From the NCBI GenBank assembly GCA_011605725.1, contig JAAOZP010000011.1:32001-96000 (forward strand): a DNA stretch of 64,000 nt, given 5' to 3'. The DNA comes from Nitrososphaerota archaeon (GTDB taxonomy: Archaea > Thermoproteota > EX4484-205 > JAAOZP01). The notes under the pieces are model-generated. The model worked only from the letters and a program-made list of their open reading frames with translations, searched no databases and was not told where the DNA came from. The position numbers and the translations under genes were made by a program. Below are positions 35,941 through 45,914 of the stretch, one piece after another (position 1 is the first letter of the stretch; every line of letters starts with the position of its first letter).

Positions 35941-37962
35941 CTAGCTGGGCGTCACAACCCTAAAGTCTAGTCCCGCAATTTTAAGCGAGCCACTTAGCCT
36001 ATCGCCGGAAACAAGGTCTCTGAAGACCCTTGTGCCAAGGCTTAGCTCAGAGACTTCCTCGCCATGATTCAACAGGAATAAGACCTCCTTCCCGCCTCCA
36101 CTCCTCCTAACAGCCTCGACTCCCTCTTGACTTGGAAAAACCTCTTCCACAACACCCATTCTTAGAAGACGGTTTATCAGCTCATCGTAAAACTCTGCGG
36201 TGGCGAAGGTTCCAACGTAGATGGCGACGCCCCTGCCGAGGTGCTTCATGGTTGCAACGGGCTTCCCAGCATACATGCCTGAGCTGTATTCAGCCATTAC
36301 TTCAGCATCCTCGACTTCAAGTTTTTCAGCCCAGTTTCGCGCCCTGAAGAACACTTTTCCCTCGAGAAACAACGCTTCATACGTCTCGCCTTCCGGCAGA
36401 CCTGTGTACTCCTCAACCCTTACCCCGAGAACGTCAGACAATTCTCCTGGGAGGGGTTTATCCACAATGTTATTGTTCCAATCCTTCGAACCAGTTCTAG
36501 GTGTCGCAATCAAAACCCCGCCTCTCTTAACGTATGACCTTAACGCGTCCCCAATCCTATCGTTCAGCAGCATCAGGGATGGTGCGAACAGAACACGGTA
36601 CTTGCCTAGATCCTCCGATGAAGGGTCTACGAAATCCACCGGGATGTTCCGCTTGTAGAGCACTCTGTAAACGTTTAGAACCGGCTCCCAAGCACCCATC
36701 CCATAGTAGTTCTTCCCACCGTAGCCGGTTTCAAGATCCCACGCCCAGAGATTATCGTAAACCAGAATGATGCCCGTGTTCGATTCGAAAAACGTGTCCT
36801 CCAGTTCAGGAGTAATCTTGAAGAGTTCTTCCGAAACCCTCTTGACCTCTGAAAACCTCCTCCTCGGTATGCCGTCGTGGTCCAGGATGCCGTGCCAATA
36901 CTCCTCAGCCCCGAATCTGCACGACCTCCACCTGAAGTATAGGACTCCGTTAGCACCCCTAGCAACCGACTGGACAGTCCAGAGCCGTATTTCCCCAGGC
37001 TTTGGAACTGGTGCGAGATGAGTCTTAACAGCGCCGCTCTGAAGCTCCATTATCAAGTATGGTTTCTTCTTCAGGCTTCTCATCAAGTCGTGCGCCATCG
37101 CGGAGGCGGCGTAGTCAACCTTAGAGGACCATCTTGGATAGTAGTCGAAAGAGACGAAGTCCAAGTCTTTTGCAAGCTTAAAATAGTCAAGCTCCTTGTA
37201 AAGCCCCATAAAGTTATGGGTTATAAAATGGTGGGGAGCATGTTTACGTATTATTTCTACCTGCAGCCTCTGGTAGTTAACCCAGGCATCGCTGGAGAAG
37301 CGGTGCCACTCTAAGCAGAGCGCTGGATTCTGCATGTCGAACGGCGGTCTAGGCGGCAGGATTTCTTCCCAAGAACCATACTCCTGACCCCAGAAGATGA
37401 GGCCGCACTCGGAGTTGAGCCTATCCAGACTGCCATATTTCTTTCTCAACCAGTCTCTGAAGGCAATTATAGAGTTTTCACAGTAACAGAGGTTCACGTC
37501 GAACTCGTTGTCAATCTGCCATCCGATAACATTCGGGTTATCCTTGTAGTGGAGGACAAGCTTTTCAACTATCTTTTTCGAATGCTCTATGTAGTTCGGG
37601 TTCACAGCGCAATAATTCTTCCTTGTACCCTCAGCCTTTCGTCTTCCTTCTCCATCAACCTGAAGAACGTCTGGATGAGCCCTTATAAGCCAAGGAGGAG
37701 GAGCTGCAGTAGGGGTTCCCAGTATTGCTTTAACACCATGCTTAGCAAGTGTTTCTAAAGCATCGTCCAACCAGTCGAAGTTGAACTCCCCTTCAGCAGG
37801 CTCAATCCTGCTCCAGGCGAATTCCGCTAGCCTAACTGTGTTAAACCGTAGTTCCGCCATCATCTTAGCGTCAGTGGCCCATCTTTCTCTCGGCCAATGT
37901 TCCGGATAGTAATCTGCGCCGAACCTGAAGGACAGGTTTTCCTTCTCCCTCAGATTCTTCAT
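35941..37962 (-). CDS. GH42 beta-galactosidase
   Basis: FGADYYPEHW, AEFAW, TPTAAPP.W, W.IDNE (acid/base), MELQ (nucleophile) and FRW. The real start is probably ATG 37962, because the ORF-track extension overlaps the divergent gene. Confidence 0.92.
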   Translation of the reverse strand: MKNLREKENLSFRFGADYYPEHWPRERWATDAKMMAELRFNTVRLAEFAWSRIEPAEGEFNFDWLDDALETLAKHGVKAILGTPTAAPPPWLIRAHPDVLQVDGEGRRKAEGTRKNYCAVNPNYIEHSKKIVEKLVLHYKDNPNVIGWQIDNEFDVNLCYCENSIIAFRDWLRKKYGSLDRLNSECGLIFWGQEYGSWEEILPPRPPFDMQNPALCLEWHRFSSDAWVNYQRLQVEIIRKHAPHHFITHNFMGLYKELDYFKLAKDLDFVSFDYYPRWSSKVDYAASAMAHDLMRSLKKKPYLIMELQSGAVKTHLAPVPKPGEIRLWTVQSVARGANGVLYFRWRSCRFGAEEYWHGILDHDGIPRRRFSEVKRVSEELFKITPELEDTFFESNTGIILVYDNLWAWDLETGYGGKNYYGMGAWEPVLNVYRVLYKRNIPVDFVDPSSEDLGKYRVLFAPSLMLLNDRIGDALRSYVKRGGVLIATPRTGSKDWNNNIVDKPLPGELSDVLGVRVEEYTGLPEGETYEALFLEGKVFFRARNWAEKLEVEDAEVMAEYSSGMYAGKPVATMKHLGRGVAIYVGTFATAEFYDELINRLLRMGVVEEVFPSQEGVEAVRRSGGGKEVLFLLNHGEEVSELSLGTRVFRDLVSGDRLSGSLKIAGLDFRVVTPS

Positions 37963-38085
37963 GAAAAATCTAAAACAGTTGAAAAAAATAAAGCTTTCCC
38001 CTGTCCGGAGAACGTCTAACCCGCTTTCCACATGCTCATCATCTTGGGAAAAATAAATATAGGGGGTTGTTTCTGCAATGGATGA

Positions 38086-38961
38086 ATGGTTGAAAAGGTT
38101 GATGAGGATGTTAAGAACAGGATTCTGGCTTTCCAGAGAAATGAGATAACTGAGCATATGGTTTACAATGCTCTCTCTAAAATGGCTAAAGGTGGGAATA
38201 AGCGGCTTTTGAAAAAGATTTCTGAGGATGAGTTGCGCCATTACGGTGAATGGAGAAGCTACACGAGTAGAGACGTCGCCCCCGACAGGCTTATTTTTTT
38301 CAAATACCTCCTCGTATCAAGGCTCTTCGGCTTAACTTTCGCGGTTAAGCTTATGGAGAAAGGCGAGAAGGAGGCGGAGGAGGTTTACGAGAAAATATCC
38401 CTCGTCTTCCCGAAGGCAAAGGAAATAGTGAGTGACGAGATCGAGCATGAGAAGACCTTGATAAGCATGATTGACGAGGAGAAGGTGAAGTATGTCGGTT
38501 CACTAGTGCTGGGTTTGAACGATGCGCTCGTCGAGCTTACTGGGGCCCTTGTCGGCCTAACCTTCACTCTTCAAAACAGTAAGCTGGTCGGGGTAGCGGG
38601 GCTCGTAACTGGCATAGCTGCCTCTCTCTCCATGTCCGCCTCAGAATACTTGTCCCAGAAATCGGAGAAGACTGAGAAAAACCCTTTGAAAGCATCTTTA
38701 TACACTGGTATCGCTTATTTAGCAACTGTCCTCATATTGTCAGCCCCGTATCTCCTACTCTCGGATTATCGTCTTTCTCTGGCAGTCATGTTTCTCAGCA
38801 TAAGCCTAATCGTGTACGTCTTCACCTTCTTCATCTCCATAACTAAGGAGACCTCGTTCAGAAGAATGTTTCTAGAAATGATTCTCATAAGTCTTGGAGT
38901 TGCTGCAGTATCCTTCGTGATAGGATGGTTTGCAAGAATCGTTTTCGGAATAGAGGTCTAA
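38086..38961 (+). CDS. Rubrerythrin/ferritin-like-VIT1/CCC1 fusion (putative iron exporter)
   Basis: N-terminal E..E / DE..H diiron motifs; C-terminal GLNDALVE and SMSASEYLS VIT1 motifs. Confidence 0.88.
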   Translation: MVEKVDEDVKNRILAFQRNEITEHMVYNALSKMAKGGNKRLLKKISEDELRHYGEWRSYTSRDVAPDRLIFFKYLLVSRLFGLTFAVKLMEKGEKEAEEVYEKISLVFPKAKEIVSDEIEHEKTLISMIDEEKVKYVGSLVLGLNDALVELTGALVGLTFTLQNSKLVGVAGLVTGIAASLSMSASEYLSQKSEKTEKNPLKASLYTGIAYLATVLILSAPYLLLSDYRLSLAVMFLSISLIVYVFTFFISITKETSFRRMFLEMILISLGVAAVSFVIGWFARIVFGIEV

Positions 38962-39050
38962 CCTGAAGCCGTGCAAGCAAGTCTTTCAGCAAATATAGAC
39001 CTGTATAAAGACTCGGAACATATGTATTAACGCTAGGCTTGAAAAAGGGA

Positions 39051-40043
39051 TTAACCTGGGATTCGGCCGGAGAACAGCCTTATGTATTCTTTGGCTTTCT
39101 CCTTAACCCTGTCTCTGGCTGCGGTGCCGAATTTCCTGAAGTCTTTTTCACTCGGGTTAGCCTGGTAGGCTTTTACGAAGCCTTCGATGAAAGCTATCGA
39201 CAAGGCGGTTGCAACATTAACCTTAGTCACGCCACCAGTCTTTATAGCGTCTAGAAGAGTGCCCTCGCCCTTCTGCAGGACAATCCCTTTTTCACGCGCA
39301 TCCTTCGGCGTCATAAGTATGCCTGAGGAGCCGTGAGAAACCAGGGGGATACGCATTCTCTCCTGAATGGCAATAAGCCTGTCGATGCGGACTGGCCATA
39401 TATCGTCCCAAATACCATGTATGGATCCGAAGGCGGCAGCCAGGAAGTCGCAACCCGTCTTCTTCACAAAGTACTCAACATCCTCCGGTTTAGCCATTAG
39501 CTCCTCTACGGATTTCCCTGCTTTCTCGCGAATAATCCTTACGGCTTCAGCCGGAGGAAGTGATCTTAAACGGGCTATTTCCGCCTGAGAGAAATAGTCT
39601 TCAATCTTCGGAATCTTCCCCAGCTCAGCCTCAACCGGCACTCCTTTCTCACGACACATTTCAACAACCTGCCGTGTAAGCCTAATGTTTTCTTCAAGCG
39701 GAAGGGAAGAACCGTCGAAAAGCACGGCTGTGAAGCCTGCGTCAAGAGCTTTCTTAACCTGCTCTATCTCAGTCGCATGGTCAAGGTTTAAAGCAATACG
39801 TATATTCGTCTCGGAAGCAGCGATCTTAACCATTCCCGCACCCAGTGCCCATCCTGCATACTTGCTTGCACCAGGGCTCAACTGGATTATCAGGTCTACA
39901 GGCTCCCCTATTTCCTTCGAAACTTCTTCAGCAGCCCATATGAATGCCTGTATCATCTCCATATTGTTAGCGTTGAAAGCACCTACAGCCCTGCCTTCTT
40001 TCAATGCTGGTAGAAGCAGGTCGCGTTCGTTAACTAGAGGCAT
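39051..40043 (-). CDS. fba: Class II fructose/tagatose-bisphosphate aldolase
   Basis: AVGAFN, LDH, DGS, EAELG, GS.HG, HGSSG and KVNV.T motifs. Confidence 0.85.
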   Translation of the reverse strand: MPLVNERDLLLPALKEGRAVGAFNANNMEMIQAFIWAAEEVSKEIGEPVDLIIQLSPGASKYAGWALGAGMVKIAASETNIRIALNLDHATEIEQVKKALDAGFTAVLFDGSSLPLEENIRLTRQVVEMCREKGVPVEAELGKIPKIEDYFSQAEIARLRSLPPAEAVRIIREKAGKSVEELMAKPEDVEYFVKKTGCDFLAAAFGSIHGIWDDIWPVRIDRLIAIQERMRIPLVSHGSSGILMTPKDAREKGIVLQKGEGTLLDAIKTGGVTKVNVATALSIAFIEGFVKAYQANPSEKDFRKFGTAARDRVKEKAKEYIRLFSGRIPG

Positions 40044-40183
40044 ATATTCTCCCTCCTTTTCCTCCTCTCTACGTGTAGGAAAGGTATAAAAGCTTTCTCA
40101 TGACGAAGCGGTTTCCTGCGGTTTCCTCCAGCCAGCCCACTGGTAAAGTTTAAAAGCTCTTTAATCATTCGACTGCAGAATTA

Positions 40184-41518
40184 TTGTTGTTGAAAATAAT
40201 GAATAAAAAGATGCTTTCAAAAAGCAAGTGGAGAGAAGATGTTTTGAAAATGCTTGAAGAAGGATTAGTGGCATCTGACCCGAAGAAATCAGTGGCTAAT
40301 GCTCTTGAGAAAATGAGTGGTGAAATTAAGGCTGCTGAAAGGGTTTTCGTAATCGGTTTTGGAAAAGCTTCTGCATCCATGGCTGAAGCGTGTGAGGAGA
40401 AAATCGGAGACAGAATTTCCGACGGTGCTATAATAGTCCCGGAGAATGTTGATGCAAAAAGTCTTAGGAGAATCAGGGTTTTCAAAGGGACGCATCCAAT
40501 TCCCTCTCAAGATAGTGTTGAATCCACTAGGAAGCTGATCTCTGTTTGCCAAGGTTTAACCCAAAGAGACCTCGTGATATGCCTAATCTCCGGCGGAGGG
40601 TCTTCTCTCTTAACTCTCCCCGCTGAAGGCATAACTCTAGAGGAGAAGAAAATGGCGACGGATATTCTGTTGAAATCGGGTGCGGAAATAAGAGAGATCA
40701 ACATAGTTAGAAAGCATATTTCAAGCGTTAAAGGAGGACAGTTGTTAAACTTCCTTAAGCCGGCGAGAGTGGTTTCGCTAATTCTTTCAGACATTGTGGG
40801 AGACCCTGTTGAATACATAGCTTCAGGGCCGACTTCACCAGACCCCTCAACATTCAAAGAAGCTTACAGCATAATTTTGAAGTATGGTTTGACCGGGAAA
40901 ATCCCGGGAAGTATTGTCGAAAGAATAGAAAAAGGGGTAAGAGGGGAGATCGCTGAAACCCCGAAGCCTGGGAGCGAGCTTTTCAAAAATGTTAACAACA
41001 TTATTGTTTCCAACAACATGAAGTCGTTAGTAGCGATGGAGAGAAAGGCAGCTGAACTCGGCTATAACACGCTGGTTTTAACCTCGTTCTCCCAGGGGGA
41101 GGCTCGTGAAGTCGGAAGGTTCCTGTGCGGAGTCTTAAAGCAAGTAGCAGTTTACGATTCTCCAGTTAAAAAGCCTGCCTGCTTGATAGTCGGCGGGGAG
41201 ACGACTGTAACCGTTAAGGGCAGGGGGAAAGGAGGTAGAAATCAAGAGTTAACACTATCCGTCTTAATTGGCTGCAGCGATTTAAGAAACTTTGTCTTCG
41301 CATCGATTGGAAGCGACGGTATTGACGGCTATACTGATGCAGCAGGAGCTATTGCAGATTTTTCTACGCTGGAGAGCGCGTGCAATAGTGGATTGGACCC
41401 GAAGATGTTTCTTGAGAATAATGATTCCTACAATTTCTTCAAGCAGACTGGCGATCTGATCTTTACTGGCCCAACAGGCACTAATGTGAACGATTTCACC
41501 CTGGCAGTGATATACTGA
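40184..41518 (+). CDS. Glycerate 2-kinase (MOFRL/class II)
   Basis: GFGKA, HP.P, ISGGGS, RKH.S.VKGG, SGP, GGE, GGRNQE, DG.DG and TGPTGTNVND motifs. Confidence 0.92.
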   Translation: MLLKIMNKKMLSKSKWREDVLKMLEEGLVASDPKKSVANALEKMSGEIKAAERVFVIGFGKASASMAEACEEKIGDRISDGAIIVPENVDAKSLRRIRVFKGTHPIPSQDSVESTRKLISVCQGLTQRDLVICLISGGGSSLLTLPAEGITLEEKKMATDILLKSGAEIREINIVRKHISSVKGGQLLNFLKPARVVSLILSDIVGDPVEYIASGPTSPDPSTFKEAYSIILKYGLTGKIPGSIVERIEKGVRGEIAETPKPGSELFKNVNNIIVSNNMKSLVAMERKAAELGYNTLVLTSFSQGEAREVGRFLCGVLKQVAVYDSPVKKPACLIVGGETTVTVKGRGKGGRNQELTLSVLIGCSDLRNFVFASIGSDGIDGYTDAAGAIADFSTLESACNSGLDPKMFLENNDSYNFFKQTGDLIFTGPTGTNVNDFTLAVIY

Positions 41519-41519
41519 C

Positions 41520-41547
41520 GAGTATACGCGTCAGCATGACGATACTC
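41520..41547. terminator. Stem-loop between convergent genes (possible terminator or 3' stabiliser)
   Basis: GAGTAT-acg-CGTCA-gca-TGACG-ATACTC hairpin immediately after the glycerate kinase stop. Confidence 0.45.
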
Positions 41548-41563
41548 TCGCATTCATAATCCT

Positions 41564-42640
41564 TCAAACAAGGTATTTGGAAATGTATTTTCTGCCAGCA
41601 TATTCTTCAATCAGCTTCTCATCTATCGGGTACGTACCGTATTTCTCGGTTAACTTTATCATCAGCATGTAGTTGGAAGGCTTTACCGCCGGATGGATAC
41701 TGTTGCTTGAAGCCATAATGTGGCCTCCGCCGGGAGAAGCCTTCGCAATAGTCTCCTTAACAGCCTCCTCAACCTCCTTCTCGCTGCCAAACGGTAGAAC
41801 ATAGGAGCAGTCAACATTCCCGATTACAGCTATCCTCCCACCGTACTTCCTCTTAACCTCCCCTATATCCATCCCTGCAATCGGCTCTATCGGGTCGAGA
41901 GCATCGATTCCCGAGTTAACGATCATGTCGATTATCGGCCAAAGGTATCCATCGGTATGCTTTATGAATGGAGCTCCAAGCCTCTTAGCTGTTTGAACAA
42001 CCTTCTTCAAATATGGTAAGATAAACTCTTCGAATTGTCTCACCGTCATGAATGGCCCTTTTCTGTCAGCGTAATCATCCCCGGTTAAAACAACGTCAGC
42101 CCCCATTCTAACAGCTCTCTCAATAACCCTACATTTATACTCTGAAATGGTTTCGCTCAACCTATGGATGAAATCCCTATTCTTATGGTAGTGAAGGAAA
42201 AGACTCTGTAAGCCGCCGACTAAATAGTGTGAAAACTCGAACGTCTCATGGCTGAGCAGCACTATCGCACGCTCCCCTTTAAACCTGTCGACATATGTTT
42301 CAAGCGTTTTAAGCCTCCAGTCTGCATCCGGGTCTGGGGGAGAATACTTGCTCAAGTCGCTGGGATTCTTTATCGGGCCTTTAACAGGATAGTTTATACC
42401 AGCGTCAATCGGCTTCCACCCTATTCCCCATTCATCCACAAGGTATTCCCCATTCTTCTTAAACCTTTGATCCTCGCTTACACATATTCCGTCCAAACCT
42501 GCCCACTCGACGAAGTCGGCATAGGTCCCACCTGGAAGCAGGCTTTTTATAACGGGCTCGTTTATTATGAGCTCCCAGAGGGGAACCCTGTCAGGCTGCT
42601 GTCTGTTCAACGCCTTCAGAAACCTGTCTCGAGGCTTCAC
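41564..42640 (-). CDS. Uroporphyrinogen decarboxylase-like / MtaA-CmuA family protein
   Basis: M..R.R...AL...PDRVP, DEWG, GDD, HTDG, GNVD, GG.I...SN motifs. Confidence 0.85.
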   Translation of the reverse strand: MKPRDRFLKALNRQQPDRVPLWELIINEPVIKSLLPGGTYADFVEWAGLDGICVSEDQRFKKNGEYLVDEWGIGWKPIDAGINYPVKGPIKNPSDLSKYSPPDPDADWRLKTLETYVDRFKGERAIVLLSHETFEFSHYLVGGLQSLFLHYHKNRDFIHRLSETISEYKCRVIERAVRMGADVVLTGDDYADRKGPFMTVRQFEEFILPYLKKVVQTAKRLGAPFIKHTDGYLWPIIDMIVNSGIDALDPIEPIAGMDIGEVKRKYGGRIAVIGNVDCSYVLPFGSEKEVEEAVKETIAKASPGGGHIMASSNSIHPAVKPSNYMLMIKLTEKYGTYPIDEKLIEEYAGRKYISKYLV

Positions 42641-42673
42641 GAAAAACGTGGACCCACCGTTATTTATAAATTT

Positions 42674-43477
42674 TCAAGACACGTTTGAAAACGACTTCGC
42701 CAGAACCTCCAGTGCGAATCTGAGCTCTTCCCTAGGGTCATCCGTAAACCTTGCCTCTATTGACACCGCATCCTTATAACCTATTTCGCGGAAACATTGG
42801 AAGAGCTTGGAGAAATCTATAATGCCTCTTCCAGGCACCCTGCTGTTGTTATCCGCAAGATGCATATGGATGATTCTTCTCCCAGCCTTTCTTAACGATT
42901 CCATCAGGTCTTGTTCTTCTCTTATCATGTGTCTGATGTCCGCCGTTATCCCGATAAACTCGGAGTTAATGTTCTCAATAAGTTTCAAGGCTTCTTCAAC
43001 CGTGTTCACGAAGTTCGTCTCATTCTTAGGCAGCGGCTCAATGCCGAACCTTACGTCAAACTCTTCCCCCGCCTTAGCAGCTGTCTTCAAAACCTCAAGG
43101 TTTCTTTCAAAACCCTTTTCGACCGACACATCTGAAGGTATGCTTCTAGCCTTTCCGGAGCCCCATACTAAAACGGGACACCCGATTTCCGACGCGGCTT
43201 CCGCAAGCCTGTAAGTATACTCTATGCTTCTCCTCCTCAAGCGGTCGGAGTTGGAGGTATGCGAGAAACCCGAGGGATAAATAATGTTTGAAGCCACTAT
43301 GCTGACTCCGTAAGAGTTGGAAAGCTCCCTCATCTTCCGCAAATCCTCCTTAGAAACCGTGAAAGGGTTGATCTGCAGCGACCCCGGGATTTCTATCGCT
43401 TTAATCCCGATTTCAGTAAGCATTTTCAAATTTTCCTCAGTAGCCTGCATACAGACCGCGATTCTCCAGTTCAACAT
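42674..43477 (-). CDS. Sugar epimerase (D-psicose/tagatose 3-epimerase-like TIM barrel)
   Basis: WGSGKAR, IEPL...E, D..H, H.H.AD, R..PG.G and SIE motifs. Confidence 0.85.
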   Translation of the reverse strand: MLNWRIAVCMQATEENLKMLTEIGIKAIEIPGSLQINPFTVSKEDLRKMRELSNSYGVSIVASNIIYPSGFSHTSNSDRLRRRSIEYTYRLAEAASEIGCPVLVWGSGKARSIPSDVSVEKGFERNLEVLKTAAKAGEEFDVRFGIEPLPKNETNFVNTVEEALKLIENINSEFIGITADIRHMIREEQDLMESLRKAGRRIIHMHLADNNSRVPGRGIIDFSKLFQCFREIGYKDAVSIEARFTDDPREELRFALEVLAKSFSNVS

Positions 43478-43517
43478 TTTTTAAACATCATAAACATTAC
43501 TTAAGGTTAACCCTGCC

Positions 43518-45683
43518 TCATCCTGGTGACTTAAGTTCACCCATGAGTTTTACGACTTTTCTCCTGAACGATAAATAGGCTCCGGTAAATTCTTCCAAAG
43601 TCTTTAAGCAAGGCCCATAGTTCGGCCAGTCTGCTGTCCCAACTCCCCTGCTGCCATAATCCCCATCTACTCCTGCTTCTTTCAAAAGACTGTTTAACTC
43701 CGGAGAGGCTTCGTATGCTTTTACAAAATCTTCAACATCCATAAGGACTTTGAGAGCTTCATGATTTAAAGCCTTGATGATAGAATCCTCATAATCCTCT
43801 GCTCTGAAACCTTCTGTAAGAGCAGCCTTAACCACAGCCAACTGGTGATTCGGGAACTCGGTGTTCGTCACGTTTCTCCTTGAAAGGGTTAGAAAAGTAT
43901 CCTCAGGCTTGCGTTTAGAAGCAGGAAGCAGGTCTATCCTGTTAATGATTAATTCTGCCTGTTCACGCGAAACCCCGCATTTCCTTGCCAAGTATTCAAC
44001 CCATTTAGACCTGTTCACCGGTGAGAACAATATTTCGAAGACTCTTCGAGCAACATAAGTCCCGGACATTTTAACCGCATCTTCAAGGATCTTCAGCATG
44101 TCGAATACCTGCTCCTTGTCGCCGTAAGCTCCGGTTGAAACCAGAATTTCAGCAAACATCTTGTTAAGCAAGCTTCCGAGAAGCCTCCTGCTTGTAAGGT
44201 GCTCCACCTTACCCTTAAGGTCTTTAACACGGAATCCTTCCATCTCCTCCTCTCTTAATCTAAGTTCATGCGCCATCTTCTCAAGAAGGGCTTCTTTAAA
44301 GCTATTGCTCAACTTTTCAAGCGCATTAAGCAAAAGGCCAGTAGCAATGCTTTCTCTTAGATGATCCTCAAGCCGACCACCCATGTTTGTATCGTATGTT
44401 TGCGTCGGCACAATGCCCTTTCTAACCGCCATTGCCATCCCCTCCATGGCCGTCACCCCCAGTATTACTTCCTGTGATACTGTGTAGCTGAGCGTAATAT
44501 TCTGTCCTATCCCTGCTTCATTGATTTTCCTAACTATTTCTATAGAAGAAGGATAGGCGGCTGCAACCTTTATAACGAGGTTTGGTCTACCCTTTTCACG
44601 AGGCTCTCTGTAACCCCAGAATAAATGCTCATCGTACACCTTTAAATCGTTCTCAAGCTTCTCAGCGAAGCTTATTGCAGCAGCGATACTTTTATCAACG
44701 TCCCCGGAGATTAACGGGTTAAGCTGATAACTTACGAGGCCATCCTGGTATTTCGACAGTGCGAACGGTACTCTGAAGACGTAGAAGTTTTCAAGCAGAG
44801 CAAACCTTGTTGCCTCCATAGCTATATCGTCAGCATACCTATCGGGTTCCAAGAACCATTCCGGATACTGTTTTCGTAGGCTTTCCTCAGCATATTTTTT
44901 GAAAGACTCCCATAGATAGGGGTCGTCCTCATATGCTAGAGCTGCGAGCACAGGATTGGTTGAAACCTGAACGTAACCCAGGTGCCTCAACCATCTTAAG
45001 CCAAGAGCATAATCGTTTCCAAACTTGCATAAACCCTTTTTATAGGCTAGGTAGTAAAAATTGTTATTCAAAGTCTTCTCGACGGCATTAACATAGCTTT
45101 CCGTCAACGATTCTGTTTCAAGCTCCTTCTCTATTTCCTCCGCCATCCATGCAACAAGGCTATTGCCCTTGTTTACAAGCTTCATTCTCTCGAGTTGGCT
45201 TGCTATAGTGCATCTATAAACAATAGGCTTGCCGAGTTCTTCTTTTTCCATGTTCTCACACTTCTTCAAAAAGCCAGAGATTATTCTAATTGCCTCCGAT
45301 GCTTCGTAATCTGAGAAACCTACCCATGTTTTTTCAACACCAGTAAGATTCCAAATCGTTTCAAGTAGAGAATCGTAAACCCTATACCTTGCAACAATAA
45401 TCCTGTCGAGTTTTTCCCTGTCATGCTGTTCTCCAAAGTTGAATCTCGTTAAGACTGTTTCAAGCCTATCTGTTAAAGAGCTCGCGATTTCAACAAGTCT
45501 TCCCTTAATCTCTGGATGCAGCAAATGGTCTGAGGCGAGTTTAGTATGCCCATCTAAAGCAGTCTTGATAATATGATCCACATGGTCCACGCGAAACGGG
45601 ACAGGGAGGCTTAGTGGTAACTGATGCGTTCTTAATATGACACCTGACGCATAATCGCAAGAAACGCTCCTATTTGTTCCCAT
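43518..45683 (-). CDS. Transaldolase-family protein with long N-terminal extension
   Basis: G.D, STNP, VS.QL.P, N.VIKV (Schiff-base Lys), N.TL.Y...Q, GRL.D, ASKR and NT motifs. Start probably ATG 45683. Confidence 0.75.
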   Translation of the reverse strand: MGTNRSVSCDYASGVILRTHQLPLSLPVPFRVDHVDHIIKTALDGHTKLASDHLLHPEIKGRLVEIASSLTDRLETVLTRFNFGEQHDREKLDRIIVARYRVYDSLLETIWNLTGVEKTWVGFSDYEASEAIRIISGFLKKCENMEKEELGKPIVYRCTIASQLERMKLVNKGNSLVAWMAEEIEKELETESLTESYVNAVEKTLNNNFYYLAYKKGLCKFGNDYALGLRWLRHLGYVQVSTNPVLAALAYEDDPYLWESFKKYAEESLRKQYPEWFLEPDRYADDIAMEATRFALLENFYVFRVPFALSKYQDGLVSYQLNPLISGDVDKSIAAAISFAEKLENDLKVYDEHLFWGYREPREKGRPNLVIKVAAAYPSSIEIVRKINEAGIGQNITLSYTVSQEVILGVTAMEGMAMAVRKGIVPTQTYDTNMGGRLEDHLRESIATGLLLNALEKLSNSFKEALLEKMAHELRLREEEMEGFRVKDLKGKVEHLTSRRLLGSLLNKMFAEILVSTGAYGDKEQVFDMLKILEDAVKMSGTYVARRVFEILFSPVNRSKWVEYLARKCGVSREQAELIINRIDLLPASKRKPEDTFLTLSRRNVTNTEFPNHQLAVVKAALTEGFRAEDYEDSIIKALNHEALKVLMDVEDFVKAYEASPELNSLLKEAGVDGDYGSRGVGTADWPNYGPCLKTLEEFTGAYLSFRRKVVKLMGELKSPG

Positions 45684-45914
45684 ACAACGTTTACCCGAAT
45701 CAAAGAGCTTATAAGTTTTTTGAAGAAACGGTCCAGTCAGAACGAAGCCTGAATTCAAGATATGAGAATAACATCCAGGTTTTTCGATTCATGATGCAGA
45801 CATGTGAGCAAGAATATACATGGCACCATGAATGTCATAATAGCCTTCTCCAACATATTCGTCCAATACGTCGAAAATTAATATCATACATGTTTAAATA
45901 ACAAATAATTTAAT

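Noticed and set aside
37963-38241. N-terminal extension of the GH42 ORF in the track
   Set aside because: It overlaps the divergent VIT1 gene and its promoter; GH42 homology starts just after ATG 37962.
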